Positions 34,730 through 44,763 of a stretch of DNA of 64,000 nt are shown here, piece by piece. The position numbers and the translations under genes are program-made. A model generated the notes under the pieces. That model saw only the letters and a list, made by a program, of their open reading frames with translations, did not search any database and had not been told where the DNA came from. Position 1 is the stretch's first letter. Each line of letters starts with the position of its first letter. Source of the stretch: Bacteroidota bacterium (GTDB taxonomy: Bacteria > Bacteroidota > Bacteroidia > Chitinophagales > Saprospiraceae); the NCBI GenBank assembly GCA_031400515.1, contig JANNQA010000042.1, forward strand, positions 4,814 to 68,813, given 5' to 3'.

Positions 34730-36364
34730 CTATTCCTTCGCCACCATTTTGGCAGTGAGATATTTCAGGAACTTCGAATTTTCGTAGACATGCCAGAATT
34801 TCTCTTCTTTTGGTATTGTAGCAGTCGACAAACCTAAGTTTAGAATTAAGACATCTCCGAGCTGTAAAATCGAGCCACTTTTGGGATAGTCAGGAATTGA
34901 ATTTTGAACAGCATAGTTTTTATATTCTTCCAACTGGCTTCTTTTGAAGAAATCTACATTCACTCCCTGCAGCGTTAACTGATTCGCAATCTTTGTTTCT
35001 ACACCAAATCCTGCAAATCCCACCGGTGCAAGTTGTAGATCATTATGAACTTTTGCTTTAGGAAATGGATCAGAGAGATCGTAATTACTATTATTGACGA
35101 GAGCGCCGACAAATGCAATTTTAGTCTTGCCCTTCACATACCCTTCATGGCTGAGGATGTCGTGCATAATATGACTTGCTAATCGCTGCCCTGCATCCAA
35201 CTTCAATGTGTACTTCAATGCAATCGCATTATCTGTCCGGATATTTAACAGAATAAACAATGCGCCCATGATATAGGCGATAGGTTTTAGCCGGTCACCG
35301 AATAATCTGACTGTGTACAACACGAGTAGAGTAGCAAGAATGATAATACCGAATTGAAAACCGGGATAAGGCCACGTCTCGAATGTCACGAGATAAATGG
35401 ACAATGCACCGATAAGCATCGCACAGATAAGGAACACTGCGTACAGACTCCTTCCAAAAGCGAAATTGGTTTTTCCACTCATGATGCGAAACATGCCGAA
35501 CAGACCCAGTACAAAAAAAATCTTGTACCAGATACTGGCCATCAGAACATATAGACCATGGAGGAGAAATGTCCACATCAATTTGTGTGGAAGTTTTGTG
35601 AGGAGCACAGGGATACTCAATTCATCCGCGTTTTTGTATGACATCAGCTTAAGGCCGAGAAATGCAATCATACCTTTTGTGGCAAGAAAATATAGCAATA
35701 AGCCAAGCGCACAAATGCCCATAGACTTCAGAAACAATACCATGTTCTGCCGGATCTGAGGATTCTTCGTAAAAGCATGAATGACATAAAACATGTAAAG
35801 CACTGTCGCAACTGAAAATAATGCCGGATAGCAACCCAGTGCCAGTACAATAAGAATGACCGACACGATATAGGCAGATAATGTGTGTCTGGTGAAAGAC
35901 AGGAGTGAAAAGAAGATCAATACCATGCCGCTGCCATATACTTCTGCGTCGCCGGTAAAATAGATGTAGTGAATAAAGAGAGGCAACGTCATAAATATGC
36001 CACCCGTCAAAATGCGTTCAGCGCGTCCTTTGATCTCAAAAATATACCAGAGTAACAGTGTGCAGAGCAAAAGCAACAACACTACTAAAATGCCATGAAA
36101 CAGCGGTAAGCGAAAGGATGAAAAATACAGGTTTGAGAAAAACGCGTACATCCATCTTCCTTTTACAAGTCCGGATTCAAATGAAATGTCAATTTCAGAT
36201 ACACGTAGAATCCCATCGTTATTGTAGGTAAATGAGAAAAATGAATACCCATATGTCAGGAAGCCAATAAGCAGAATTGCAAGGGAACAGATGACAAGTT
36301 CTTTTTTTCTAACCGGGGTCATCTCTTTCAGAAAGGTCGATAGGGATTGGATTGAAGCAAGCAT
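34730..36364 (-). CDS. Polytopic membrane protein, possibly a GtrII-like glucosyltransferase
   Basis: 544 aa with about 11 TM helices and a soluble C-terminal domain. The functional call is weak. Confidence 0.45.
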   Translation of the reverse strand: MLASIQSLSTFLKEMTPVRKKELVICSLAILLIGFLTYGYSFFSFTYNNDGILRVSEIDISFESGLVKGRWMYAFFSNLYFSSFRLPLFHGILVVLLLLLCTLLLWYIFEIKGRAERILTGGIFMTLPLFIHYIYFTGDAEVYGSGMVLIFFSLLSFTRHTLSAYIVSVILIVLALGCYPALFSVATVLYMFYVIHAFTKNPQIRQNMVLFLKSMGICALGLLLYFLATKGMIAFLGLKLMSYKNADELSIPVLLTKLPHKLMWTFLLHGLYVLMASIWYKIFFVLGLFGMFRIMSGKTNFAFGRSLYAVFLICAMLIGALSIYLVTFETWPYPGFQFGIIILATLLVLYTVRLFGDRLKPIAYIMGALFILLNIRTDNAIALKYTLKLDAGQRLASHIMHDILSHEGYVKGKTKIAFVGALVNNSNYDLSDPFPKAKVHNDLQLAPVGFAGFGVETKIANQLTLQGVNVDFFKRSQLEEYKNYAVQNSIPDYPKSGSILQLGDVLILNLGLSTATIPKEEKFWHVYENSKFLKYLTAKMVAKE

Positions 36365-36603
36365 TTAAACAGGGTGTGTTTCGGAAGAGGCAATGAAAAT
36401 TACAATGCAAAGTAAAATAAAGAAAGAGATCAAGTCCTGCCTGCCGAACGCACATCAGATGATTGTATAGTACGCGATCCCCTCTTGAGTAGCATTCTAA
36501 CCTGAGCACAAATCCTCCCTCAAAGAGGGGGCGAGGGGTGAGTCCAGAAGTTGAAATGCTCTTCTGTCATTTGCCATACAATCCAAAGACCTCTCGCCAT
36601 CCC

Positions 36604-39018
36604 TTACTCACTTCGCAACCATTTCGCCGGATTCGTCATTGCTACGCGTAAAGTTTGTGAGCAGACTGCAAGGAGTCCCAGGGCAACGATGATTGCAATC
36701 CCAAATCCTAATATCAGTGGTGTGATGTGTATCCGATATGGATATTCTTCCAGAAATACTTCGCTCAACAAATAACTCAACGGAACGCCAATGACGATCG
36801 CCACGCCAATTAGCAGCATGTAGGACTTGCTCAGCATGATGACCATATCACTGACAGAAGCCCCCATGACTTTTCGGATACCGACTTCCTTTGCCCTGAT
36901 CCTTGATGCGTACATAGCCATCCCAATCATACCTAAACATGCAAGTGATACAATCAGGAATGCAATATATCCTACCATCACTGGCATGTCACTCACGCCT
37001 GTTTGCCTGTATGCCTCATCAATTTCCTGATCCATCATCATGAAATCTATTGGATGAATGGCATCGTGAGTTTTCCAGATTGCTTTGATGGATTCAGTGA
37101 CGGACGCGATTTGTGATGGATGAATGTTCACGCTTGCATAGTTGAGGTCCTCTGTATGATAACGCAGGGCAAGCGGGCCAATTTTATTACTTAATGGCCG
37201 GAAGTGAAAGTCCTTCACGACACCAATGACTTGCAGCGTCAGAGAATCATCAGCATAAATGTGTTGGCCAATCGCCTCGGAAGGATTCTGATAGCCAAAA
37301 TGAGCAAGCGCTGTTTCATTGAGGATGACATCTTTTTCTTTAGCCACCTGCTCAAGTGCATTGAAGTTCCGGCCTGCTACAAAAACCATCGCCAGGTTCT
37401 CGATATAATTATCATCCACGACAAAATCGCGCATCATAAACGGTGTATCGCTCTCCTGTTTTTTATACTCACTGGACTTCTCCTCCCAGGTGCCGAGAGT
37501 ATGAGATACTCCGCCCACGCGTAACACACCAGGCAGACTTCGGATTTCATTTGCGATTTTTTCAAACTCAACACCCCGAAGATTGAGATTGAGATTATTC
37601 TCTTGTTCAATACCATAGTCTGCAGTCAGCATAAAATCGACCTGACGATAAACGACCAAAACGACGATCACAAAAACAACCGATAATGTAAACTGCAACA
37701 CCATCAGCAATTTTCTGAAAGTAAGTCCTGCGTAGATTTTGAGATTCTGAATATCCTTCAACACCCTGGACGGTTTAAAAGCCGACAGATATGTCGCAGG
37801 CAGAACACCAGCTAAAATGCCAGCAGCTATTGCAAACAATACGAACATGAGATACAGAGACACATCTTCCTGCATCGTCAGGAAAAATTCCTCACTTAGC
37901 GACAATTTCAAGAACGCAATTTTTAATGCCTGAAGAAGGACATAAGAAAAGGCTAAGGCTCCGAGGGAAAATATCACGGCTTCACCAATAAACTGAAAGA
38001 ACACCTGACGTCTGTTTGCGCCAACGACTTTTCGTACTCCAATTTCGCGGGCACGAGAGAGTGATTTCGCAATGGTCAGATTGGTAAAATTAAAGACTGA
38101 CATTAGCAAGACAACACCCGCCAACACGCCCAGAAACATCAGAAAAGAAGAAGACATCCCTTTACCCATCTGATCTGCCAACTCGGGGCCAGGTGTAATC
38201 TTCGATAATGGTTGCAGATAAAATGCTTCATACTGAAAATCGCGACCTTCTGTTTTCAAACCGACGCCATACGTTTTATTGATTGCTGCAAGAGCTTGGG
38301 TTACTTCATCTAAATTTTGGTCATCTTTTAATTTGATGTAGACAAAATTGTTGTAGTAAGTGCTCCAATCATTCATTGCGAGACCGATCGCTCCACTTCT
38401 TTCAAAGGCAGGAAGAGAAGACATCGAACAAAGCGCTTCAAATTCGAAATGTGTTTTGCCAGGAAATTCCTGTAAGACTCCGGTGATGGTGAAATCACCA
38501 CGCCCTGTGAGAGAAATTGTCTTGCCAATGGGCTCCGCTGTTCCAAACATCTTTTCCGCAGCATGCTTTGTCAGAACCAGGCTGTTGGGTAATGTCAGTG
38601 CCGATGCAGGATCACCTTTGAGAAAAGGAAAATTGAAGACCTCTGAAAATGTTGGATCAACAATGAGTCCATACAGTGGAAGAGTCATGTGATTGTATGT
38701 AGCGTCACCGTTTAGTTGCCGGCTAATCCGGACGATATTCTCAGTGAAGGCATATTCATCCTTCAGCACCTGGCCAATAGACAGCGGTGTTGATGCAAAA
38801 TCTACTTTACCCCAGTCCGGATGAAGCACACGGGTGTTCACTCTGTATATCCGTCCTGTATCCTGATGAAAATTGTCAAATGCACATTGATCTTTGATCA
38901 GCATGATAATGAGCATGCTCAATGACATGCTGACTGAGAGACCAACCAGGTTGATGAGCGAAAAGACTTTGTTTCTGAAGAAATTCCTCAGTGATGTGAT
39001 CAGGATGTTTTTCAGCAT
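36604..39018 (-). CDS. ABC-transporter permease of the MacB/FtsX type (two FtsX domains)
   Basis: 804 aa from the Met at 39018 (MLKNILITSLRNFFRNKVFSLINLVGLSV…), the canonical N-terminus of Bacteroidota FtsX-like permeases. There are two 4-TM modules. Confidence 0.85.
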   Translation of the reverse strand: MLKNILITSLRNFFRNKVFSLINLVGLSVSMSLSMLIIMLIKDQCAFDNFHQDTGRIYRVNTRVLHPDWGKVDFASTPLSIGQVLKDEYAFTENIVRISRQLNGDATYNHMTLPLYGLIVDPTFSEVFNFPFLKGDPASALTLPNSLVLTKHAAEKMFGTAEPIGKTISLTGRGDFTITGVLQEFPGKTHFEFEALCSMSSLPAFERSGAIGLAMNDWSTYYNNFVYIKLKDDQNLDEVTQALAAINKTYGVGLKTEGRDFQYEAFYLQPLSKITPGPELADQMGKGMSSSFLMFLGVLAGVVLLMSVFNFTNLTIAKSLSRAREIGVRKVVGANRRQVFFQFIGEAVIFSLGALAFSYVLLQALKIAFLKLSLSEEFFLTMQEDVSLYLMFVLFAIAAGILAGVLPATYLSAFKPSRVLKDIQNLKIYAGLTFRKLLMVLQFTLSVVFVIVVLVVYRQVDFMLTADYGIEQENNLNLNLRGVEFEKIANEIRSLPGVLRVGGVSHTLGTWEEKSSEYKKQESDTPFMMRDFVVDDNYIENLAMVFVAGRNFNALEQVAKEKDVILNETALAHFGYQNPSEAIGQHIYADDSLTLQVIGVVKDFHFRPLSNKIGPLALRYHTEDLNYASVNIHPSQIASVTESIKAIWKTHDAIHPIDFMMMDQEIDEAYRQTGVSDMPVMVGYIAFLIVSLACLGMIGMAMYASRIRAKEVGIRKVMGASVSDMVIMLSKSYMLLIGVAIVIGVPLSYLLSEVFLEEYPYRIHITPLILGFGIAIIVALGLLAVCSQTLRVAMTNPAKWLRSE

Positions 39019-39308
39019 AGCTTCAATGGTAAATAAACGTTGTATTTCATGAATACCAAGAATCGCGCCTGCCTCATTCATACCTGATTTCAAAGCATTT
39101 GCACGGTTTGCGCATGATCTGGTCGATATTTGCACAGACACCGGTGTCCGGTTTTGATACATTGCTGTGCGCAAACGATACATGTCGAAGTCCATAGGCA
39201 ATTCCGTTTGGTGGAAGAAAGCGCTATGCAGTCAGTTCTTTTCGTCATGATCTCTCATCTCATCTTCTACAGAACCAATCCCGGTTTCAGACCTGGCTTT
39301 CATTAGAT

Positions 39309-39578
39309 TTGTTCCTCAAAACAGAGGAATACACCAGGACAAAAGAATTTAAACCAGCAGGATACAATTCAGTCTCTCCATACTTCATCGTAAACGGAGC
39401 ACAGAAGTTTATTGATTTACTCAAAGAAATCTTTGATGCCAAAGAACTCAGGCGTTATGATATGCCTGACGGCACAATTATGCATGCTGAAATACAAATT
39501 GATGACTCGGTTATTATGCTCGGCGATTCTTCGGACAAGTATCCACCTGTACCCACTGTCCTAAACAATAAACACTAA
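39309..39578 (+). pseudogene. C-terminally truncated VOC/PhnB-like gene
   Basis: 89 aa with a TTG start. VOC-like sequence (…GYNSVSPYFIVNGAQKFIDLLKEIF…MHAEIQIDDSVIMLGD…) stops after about two thirds of a domain, where the octamer repeat (ctaaacaataaacactaaac…) begins. Confidence 0.55.
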
Positions 39579-39588
39579 ACATTAAACC

Positions 39589-40209
39589 CTAAACCCTATA
39601 CCTCCCATAACACAACATCGACAATATCTTCCTCTCCCTCAAATGCCAGCTTGCCCACGACAACGGAGTATCCCCATTCATATCCCTGAGTGTTTTATCC
39701 GCACCAGCATCGAGCAGCAATTGAATTGTGTTTTCATCAGCATAAGCAGCAGCACGATGTAGTGGTGTTTCTTGTCGCGTACGGATATCGCGCATGAAGG
39801 CATCAGTTTCAATACCGGGTTTGGTCATCGCATTTGAATTAGCGCCATGCTCCAGGAGCAGTCGTACGATCTCATTGTTTGCTGATCTGTATGTTTTTGT
39901 CAACACGGCATGCAGGGGAGTCTCTCCAGTATCGGGCAACGGGTGATTCGGATCAGCACCTTCTTCCAGTAGAAACCTGCTTAGCTGTACATGTCCGTGA
40001 AACACAGCGCCGTTCAGGTCGAAGTTTTCTCCGAGGTCTTCGAGGGATACGCCTTTGGTGAGCAAGTATTTTATAGCGGAAACATCACCGTAATAGGCGC
40101 ACCATTTGATCAGCGATACGCCGTGTGCATCAGTAGAAGTTGGGGAATGTCCACTTTCGATGTACCCGAAGACGAGATCTGTTTGACCCGAAGTGATTTT
40201 GTCTATCAT
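39589..40209 (-). CDS. Ankyrin-repeat protein
   Basis: 206 aa from the Met at 40209, with about 4 ANK repeats (…TPLHAVL…LLLEHGANSNA…TPLHRAAAYADENTIQLLLDAGADK…). Confidence 0.8.
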   Translation of the reverse strand: MIDKITSGQTDLVFGYIESGHSPTSTDAHGVSLIKWCAYYGDVSAIKYLLTKGVSLEDLGENFDLNGAVFHGHVQLSRFLLEEGADPNHPLPDTGETPLHAVLTKTYRSANNEIVRLLLEHGANSNAMTKPGIETDAFMRDIRTRQETPLHRAAAYADENTIQLLLDAGADKTLRDMNGDTPLSWASWHLRERKILSMLCYGRYRV

Positions 40210-40490
40210 GGCAAGGAATAAAAAATGAAAATAAAAATTAAAATGAAAATTGAACGCGTACTCGGCATCTTGTTTCACGATAAACCTTGCAAGTTATCTG
40301 TGCGCTTTATCCAACTACACTAACCAGGCTAGTCAAGCGCACCATACAGCGCAATCCGCGCTTCGCACCTCATTCTATCTGGTTTTTTGACAAGCAGTTG
40401 ACAATTTCACTTAAGAAATTCTTAAAGTGGTTGTTCAATTAAATATCCGCACATGAATATCAGTCATCTGCATGAAAAAATTCTCATCAA

Positions 40491-40982
40491 ATGTCAAGAC
40501 ACGCTTTCATTCCCGGTTTGTGCCTCTCCACAGTCCTTCTGATGCAATGCACAAATGATTCACTCAACATTTCTCCAACAGAATATGATGGCCTTGTTGA
40601 TTCCCGGCTTATCCCATACTTCCAGTCCTTTGAATATGAAGCAACATTGAGAGGTATCGATATAAATTTTGAGACTTTTCCCATCAATGGCTATATCCGT
40701 AGCATCCAGGAAGATGATATCGCCGGCACATGCAACTATCATCAAGGTGAACCCAATGTAGTGACCATCGACCTTGAATTTTGGAATGCTTCGTCGAACC
40801 TGCGGCGCGAAATGGTTGTGTTTCACGAACTCGGTCATTGTTATCTCGGACGGGATCATCGCGAAGCGGCGTTCGACAATGGTATCTGCACCACAATCAT
40901 GAATAGCGGCACATCGGGTTGTTTTGTCGCGTATACATCAGAGAATAGAGAGTATTATCTGGACGAGCTTTTCAGTCAATAA
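40491..40982 (+). CDS. Small metzincin-like zinc-metalloprotease lipoprotein
   Basis: 163 aa with a lipobox-like LLMQC, the motif HELGHCYLGRDH (HExxH plus a third His one residue further out than canonical), and a possible Met-turn (TIMNSG). Confidence 0.55.
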   Translation: MSRHAFIPGLCLSTVLLMQCTNDSLNISPTEYDGLVDSRLIPYFQSFEYEATLRGIDINFETFPINGYIRSIQEDDIAGTCNYHQGEPNVVTIDLEFWNASSNLRREMVVFHELGHCYLGRDHREAAFDNGICTTIMNSGTSGCFVAYTSENREYYLDELFSQ

Positions 40983-41310
40983 AGGTGGAAGGCGGAAAGG
41001 CAGAAAGGCGGAAAGGCAGAAGGGGGAGAAAGCAAACTCAACTTCCATGTTCCATGTTTAATGTTCAATGTTGAGGAACTGACACAATAAACCTTAAAAA
41101 CATTAAACAGACACCGCTTACCTCGTACCTCGTATCCAGCCCCTCGCATCTCGTACCTCGAAACTCGCACCCCGAAACCCGTACCCCCCTTCGACTGCGC
41201 TCAGGGCAAGCACACTCGTAACCCGCACCTCGTTCCCATTTTCTCCCCTCAGGCAGCATTTTGGCCCTCCCCGGTGTCAATAGTGCTGAATCAATTAAAT
41301 CTAACTAATC

Positions 41311-43065
41311 ATGCAGAAAGTACTTTACTTGTTCGTCCTCACCACCTTTCTCCTGTTTAGTTGTGGCAAAGACTCGGATATTTTTGTCCCCAATTCGGAG
41401 CCAGAACCTGAGCGTATTGTAGCCTCCGTCCTGGGTATCGTCACAGATGAGCTCGGCGCACCTGTCAGTAATGCCAATGTATGGCTCGAGAACAACACCC
41501 TCCAAACCAACGAACTGGGCCTGTTTCTCTTCAGCGATGTCGAGATGTCAGAGGACGCCTATGTCCGGATTGAGAAGCCGGGTTTCTTCAATGGATCAAG
41601 GCGATTTTATCCAACAGCCGGAAATACAGCACAGGTCAGAGTTCAATTGGTGAATGCTGCGAGTATCGGAAACTTTCAATCCGGTTCCGGGGGATTAATT
41701 ACTCTCAACGGAGGCACGACGATGTCATTTCCTTCGAACGCAATTGCACGCCAAAGCGGAGAAGCCTATACCGGCAACGTTCAGGTGTCTGCTACACCAT
41801 TATATACAGGGGATCCGGAACTCTTTGAGAAAATGCCCGGTGATCTGGTAGGACGCAATGAAGATGGGCAACTACGCGCATTGGGTAGTTTTGGTATGAT
41901 CGGGGTTGAACTTCGTGACGATAGTGGCGACTTATTGCAAGTTGCGCAAGGAAAAGAAGTGACGATCGAGTTCGCTATTGCAGATCACCAACTTGCCACC
42001 GCACCATCAAGCATTCCGCTGTGGTATTTCGATGACGCGAGCGGCTATTGGAAAGAGGAAGGAGAAGCATCACGTTCGGGTAATGTCTATGTGATGAATG
42101 TCAGTCACTTCTCTTTCTGGAATTGCGATGCGCCATTTCCACTTGTGACGATCACTGGAGTAGTGTTCTATGATAATGACGAGCCTGCTTCAGGAGTTTA
42201 TGTCTGTATCACTGTGCCAGGTCTCAATACAATGAGTGCAGGTATTACCGATGACGATGGAGTTTATGCAGGCAAGGTGCCGAAAGATCAGGAGCTCATC
42301 ATCACCGTGAAAGACAACAATGGATGTGAAGTATTGGAATTTGATCCAGTCACAGTGGGCCCGTTCCAGGACGATGCGACGATACCACCTATTGCGATCA
42401 CATTCACGACAAGCGAGCTCGTTGAGGCGACCGGTAGTCTTGTTGATTGCAATGGAGATCCGGTGGAAGGTGGGATTGTACAACTGAATTATGGCAATCA
42501 GCTAAGCTATATCTATGTAGAAGAAGGCAACACATTCACACATACCTTCTATAATTGTGATGAAGGTGCGGTCAGTGCCAAAGCATATGATTATGCAAAT
42601 GAAAAGGAAAGCTTGCCGGTCACATTAGATCATGCTGCGTTGATTGACTTTGGAGAGATTTCCATTTGTGAGGATTTGACTGAATATTTGATTGTAGAGG
42701 CAGACGGTCAGACAATCTCATTTGTATTGCCCAATATCTATGTGAATCCTCAGGGCACAATGGATTCTTATATCCAGGGCAGCGGCATTCAGGATTCTAC
42801 TTCTTATTTCTATCTCGGAGTTCCGGGCCAGGGGACGGGCACTTTTGAGATTGGAGGTGCGAATGGTAGTGTAGAAATGTTTTTTGATCTCGGTTTTGGG
42901 AATTATGGAAGGATTGAATCCGGTACGCTCACATTCACATACTTCGGAGATGTGGGAGACTTTGTGATGGGGACGCTCGAAGGGATTTATGTTGAAGTCA
43001 ACTGGACGACACAGGAAGAAATGAGTTATCCATTTACCGGTGAGTTCAAAATACTCCGTGAATAA
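41311..43065 (+). CDS. Secreted lipoprotein with an N-terminal carboxypeptidase-regulatory-like domain
   Basis: 584 aa with the lipobox LLFSCG and a CarbopepD_reg-like segment (…GIVTDELGAPVSNANVWLENNTLQTNELGLFLFSDV…). Confidence 0.55.
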   Translation: MQKVLYLFVLTTFLLFSCGKDSDIFVPNSEPEPERIVASVLGIVTDELGAPVSNANVWLENNTLQTNELGLFLFSDVEMSEDAYVRIEKPGFFNGSRRFYPTAGNTAQVRVQLVNAASIGNFQSGSGGLITLNGGTTMSFPSNAIARQSGEAYTGNVQVSATPLYTGDPELFEKMPGDLVGRNEDGQLRALGSFGMIGVELRDDSGDLLQVAQGKEVTIEFAIADHQLATAPSSIPLWYFDDASGYWKEEGEASRSGNVYVMNVSHFSFWNCDAPFPLVTITGVVFYDNDEPASGVYVCITVPGLNTMSAGITDDDGVYAGKVPKDQELIITVKDNNGCEVLEFDPVTVGPFQDDATIPPIAITFTTSELVEATGSLVDCNGDPVEGGIVQLNYGNQLSYIYVEEGNTFTHTFYNCDEGAVSAKAYDYANEKESLPVTLDHAALIDFGEISICEDLTEYLIVEADGQTISFVLPNIYVNPQGTMDSYIQGSGIQDSTSYFYLGVPGQGTGTFEIGGANGSVEMFFDLGFGNYGRIESGTLTFTYFGDVGDFVMGTLEGIYVEVNWTTQEEMSYPFTGEFKILRE

Positions 43066-43117
43066 GAACAGAAAGATGATAAGAGACTAGGTGGTGAGAT
43101 ACTTAGCGATTGTTCTT

Positions 43118-43156
43118 CGCCCATCGAAGTTGTACTGAGATGGGCGATTTTTTTTT
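43118..43156 (+). terminator. Rho-independent terminator
   Basis: The stem cgcccatc…gatgggcg is followed by a and T9. It lies 53 nt after the stop of 41311..43065. Confidence 0.75.
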
Positions 43157-43175
43157 GGAAAGATGTTGACGGTTT

Positions 43176-43377
43176 CAGAGTTATCCAGAAAAGCTTAACC
43201 GTTCGAACGGTTAGTACGGATCGCAAACGCTATTCATTTGCGCATCTCTGTGCTTGTTTTTGGCATTGTTGTTTTATAACCAGTCCTGAGAAAAGATGAT
43301 GACTCCTTCAGAGTATCCAAAAAAGCTTAACCGTTCGATCGGTTAGTACGGATCGCAAACGCTATTCATTTTGCGCG
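43176..43377. repeat. Two direct copies (133-nt spacing) of a roughly 69-nt element, each with two hairpins
   Basis: The element cagagt(t)atcca(g/a)aaaagcttaaccgttcga(a/t)cggttagtacggatcgcaaacgctattcatt(t)tgcgc occurs at 43176-43244 and 43309-43377. It contains the palindrome taaccgttcgaacggtta and the stem cgcaaa…tttgcg. Confidence 0.85.
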
Positions 43378-43672
43378 TGTCTATCCTTGCTTTCTGCAAG
43401 ATCTTTTCAAAGGGCAGGGTAATAAAAGCGAACTATCTCAAACAATCATAGAGATAAGTAGTGTCCTTGACTTTGTCACAGCATAAATCCAAATGATCGT
43501 AGCAATGACAACTATCCCAAACAAAAGAAGGGATCAAGGGTAAAACAGTAATCGGTAATCGGTATAGTGGGTAAGTGTGAATTTCGAAGTGATCAGTAAT
43601 CTTTGCTCGGTGAATGGATCAAAAGGATCAAGGGATCAACGGAAGAGCGAACGGCCAACGGCTAATAGCCTT

Positions 43673-44317
43673 CTAGGCATTGACAATCGCCATGACACGA
43701 TCTACGATCTTATCACAATACACGAGGTTAAATTCGTAGATATCTTCCGAGGAATATGTCTTTTCAATTTCTTTTCTCAGCATGCCCTTGGCTCTGTTCA
43801 GCCTGACTTTTACGTTACCTTCGGAGATGTTGAGGAGCTCTGCGGTTTCTGCTACATTCATACCATTCAACTCTCGCCTGGCAAATGTCAGACGATAGTC
43901 TTCTGGGATTCTGGATAAAGCCTGTTCTATGATATGTCCCAGTTCTTTACCCGTGATATTGGATTCCATTGTATATCTGGTATTAGTGTCTTGATGCAGA
44001 CTGTGATTGTGAAGATGTTCTATCTGAGTCCGCAATTTTTCTTTTTTATGGTAGCAGTGGTTAAGTAAAATCCGCACAAGCCATGTTTTGAGTGAGGAAC
44101 GGTATTCAAATCCTGAGAGACTCGCATAAGCGCTGATATATGTCTCCTGCATCAGGTCTTCAGCATCCTGGTGGTTGTATCCATATGTCCTGCAGGTTTT
44201 ATAGAGACAGGGATTGTAGCTGCGTACAACGACTTCATAGAGACTCTTTTCGCCTGCAAGGATCCTTTCGATCAACTCGTTTTCACTAAAGGTCTGGGAT
44301 CTGACAATTGACTGCAT
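43673..44317 (-). CDS. ECF-type RNA polymerase sigma-70 family factor
   Basis: 214 aa with region 2 (…DAEDLMQETYISAY…FEYRSSLKTWLVRILLNHC…) and a region 4 HTH (…MNVAETAELLNISEGNVKVRLNRAKGML…). Confidence 0.85.
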   Translation of the reverse strand: MQSIVRSQTFSENELIERILAGEKSLYEVVVRSYNPCLYKTCRTYGYNHQDAEDLMQETYISAYASLSGFEYRSSLKTWLVRILLNHCYHKKEKLRTQIEHLHNHSLHQDTNTRYTMESNITGKELGHIIEQALSRIPEDYRLTFARRELNGMNVAETAELLNISEGNVKVRLNRAKGMLRKEIEKTYSSEDIYEFNLVYCDKIVDRVMAIVNA

Positions 44318-44324
44318 ATAATTC

Positions 44325-44754
44325 TTATTCTACGACTTTGTACTTCAGGATAAGCTGTGCTCCGATAAAGTTACCGTTTAGCATCAAGCCAATAGCTGCC
44401 ACTTTCATGATTAATATCGTCGCGCTATCTGCACGGATGTCTGGGTATTCCGGGTATTTCATCAAAATGAGAATTGAAAACACAAGGACAACCGTAGCAT
44501 TTATTCCCCCGTGGATTAATGCAGATAACATAGCGTCCTGTCTGTTCTTGTACAATTTGAGTAAATCGATTGCGCCAAACACTATCGCCAGCCATCCAAG
44601 GAAAGCACCACCAATGCCAGCATAGAATGACGCTTCCAAAAAAGAAGCTTCTCCTGAATAAATTGTGAATTGCAGAGCAAACCAAATCCATCGGAAACAA
44701 GGCTGAAGGGAAATGGACTAGCATCATATGTACAGGATGACCAAATAGCCTCAT
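44325..44754 (-). pseudogene. DUF2231-family membrane protein gene with a single-nucleotide frameshift
   Basis: The N-terminal part (MRLFGHPVHMMLVHFPSALFPMDL…) is in ORF 44425..44754. The C-terminal TM helices are in ORF 44325..44639 in the +1 frame. The frames join cleanly near 44647-44661. Confidence 0.65.
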
Positions 44755-44763
44755 GCAACACTA

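Noticed and set aside
39019-39201. A 61-aa N-terminal extension of the FtsX permease ORF.
   Set aside because: The conserved family N-terminus MLKNILITSLRNFFRNK begins at 39018, so the upstream part is probably untranslated.
40472-40490. An upstream ATG (MKKFSSNVK…) as the start of the metalloprotease gene.
   Set aside because: It is out of frame with the HExxH-containing ORF and terminates after 28 codons. I kept the ATG at 40491, which gives a lipoprotein-like leader. An undetected frameshift is possible.
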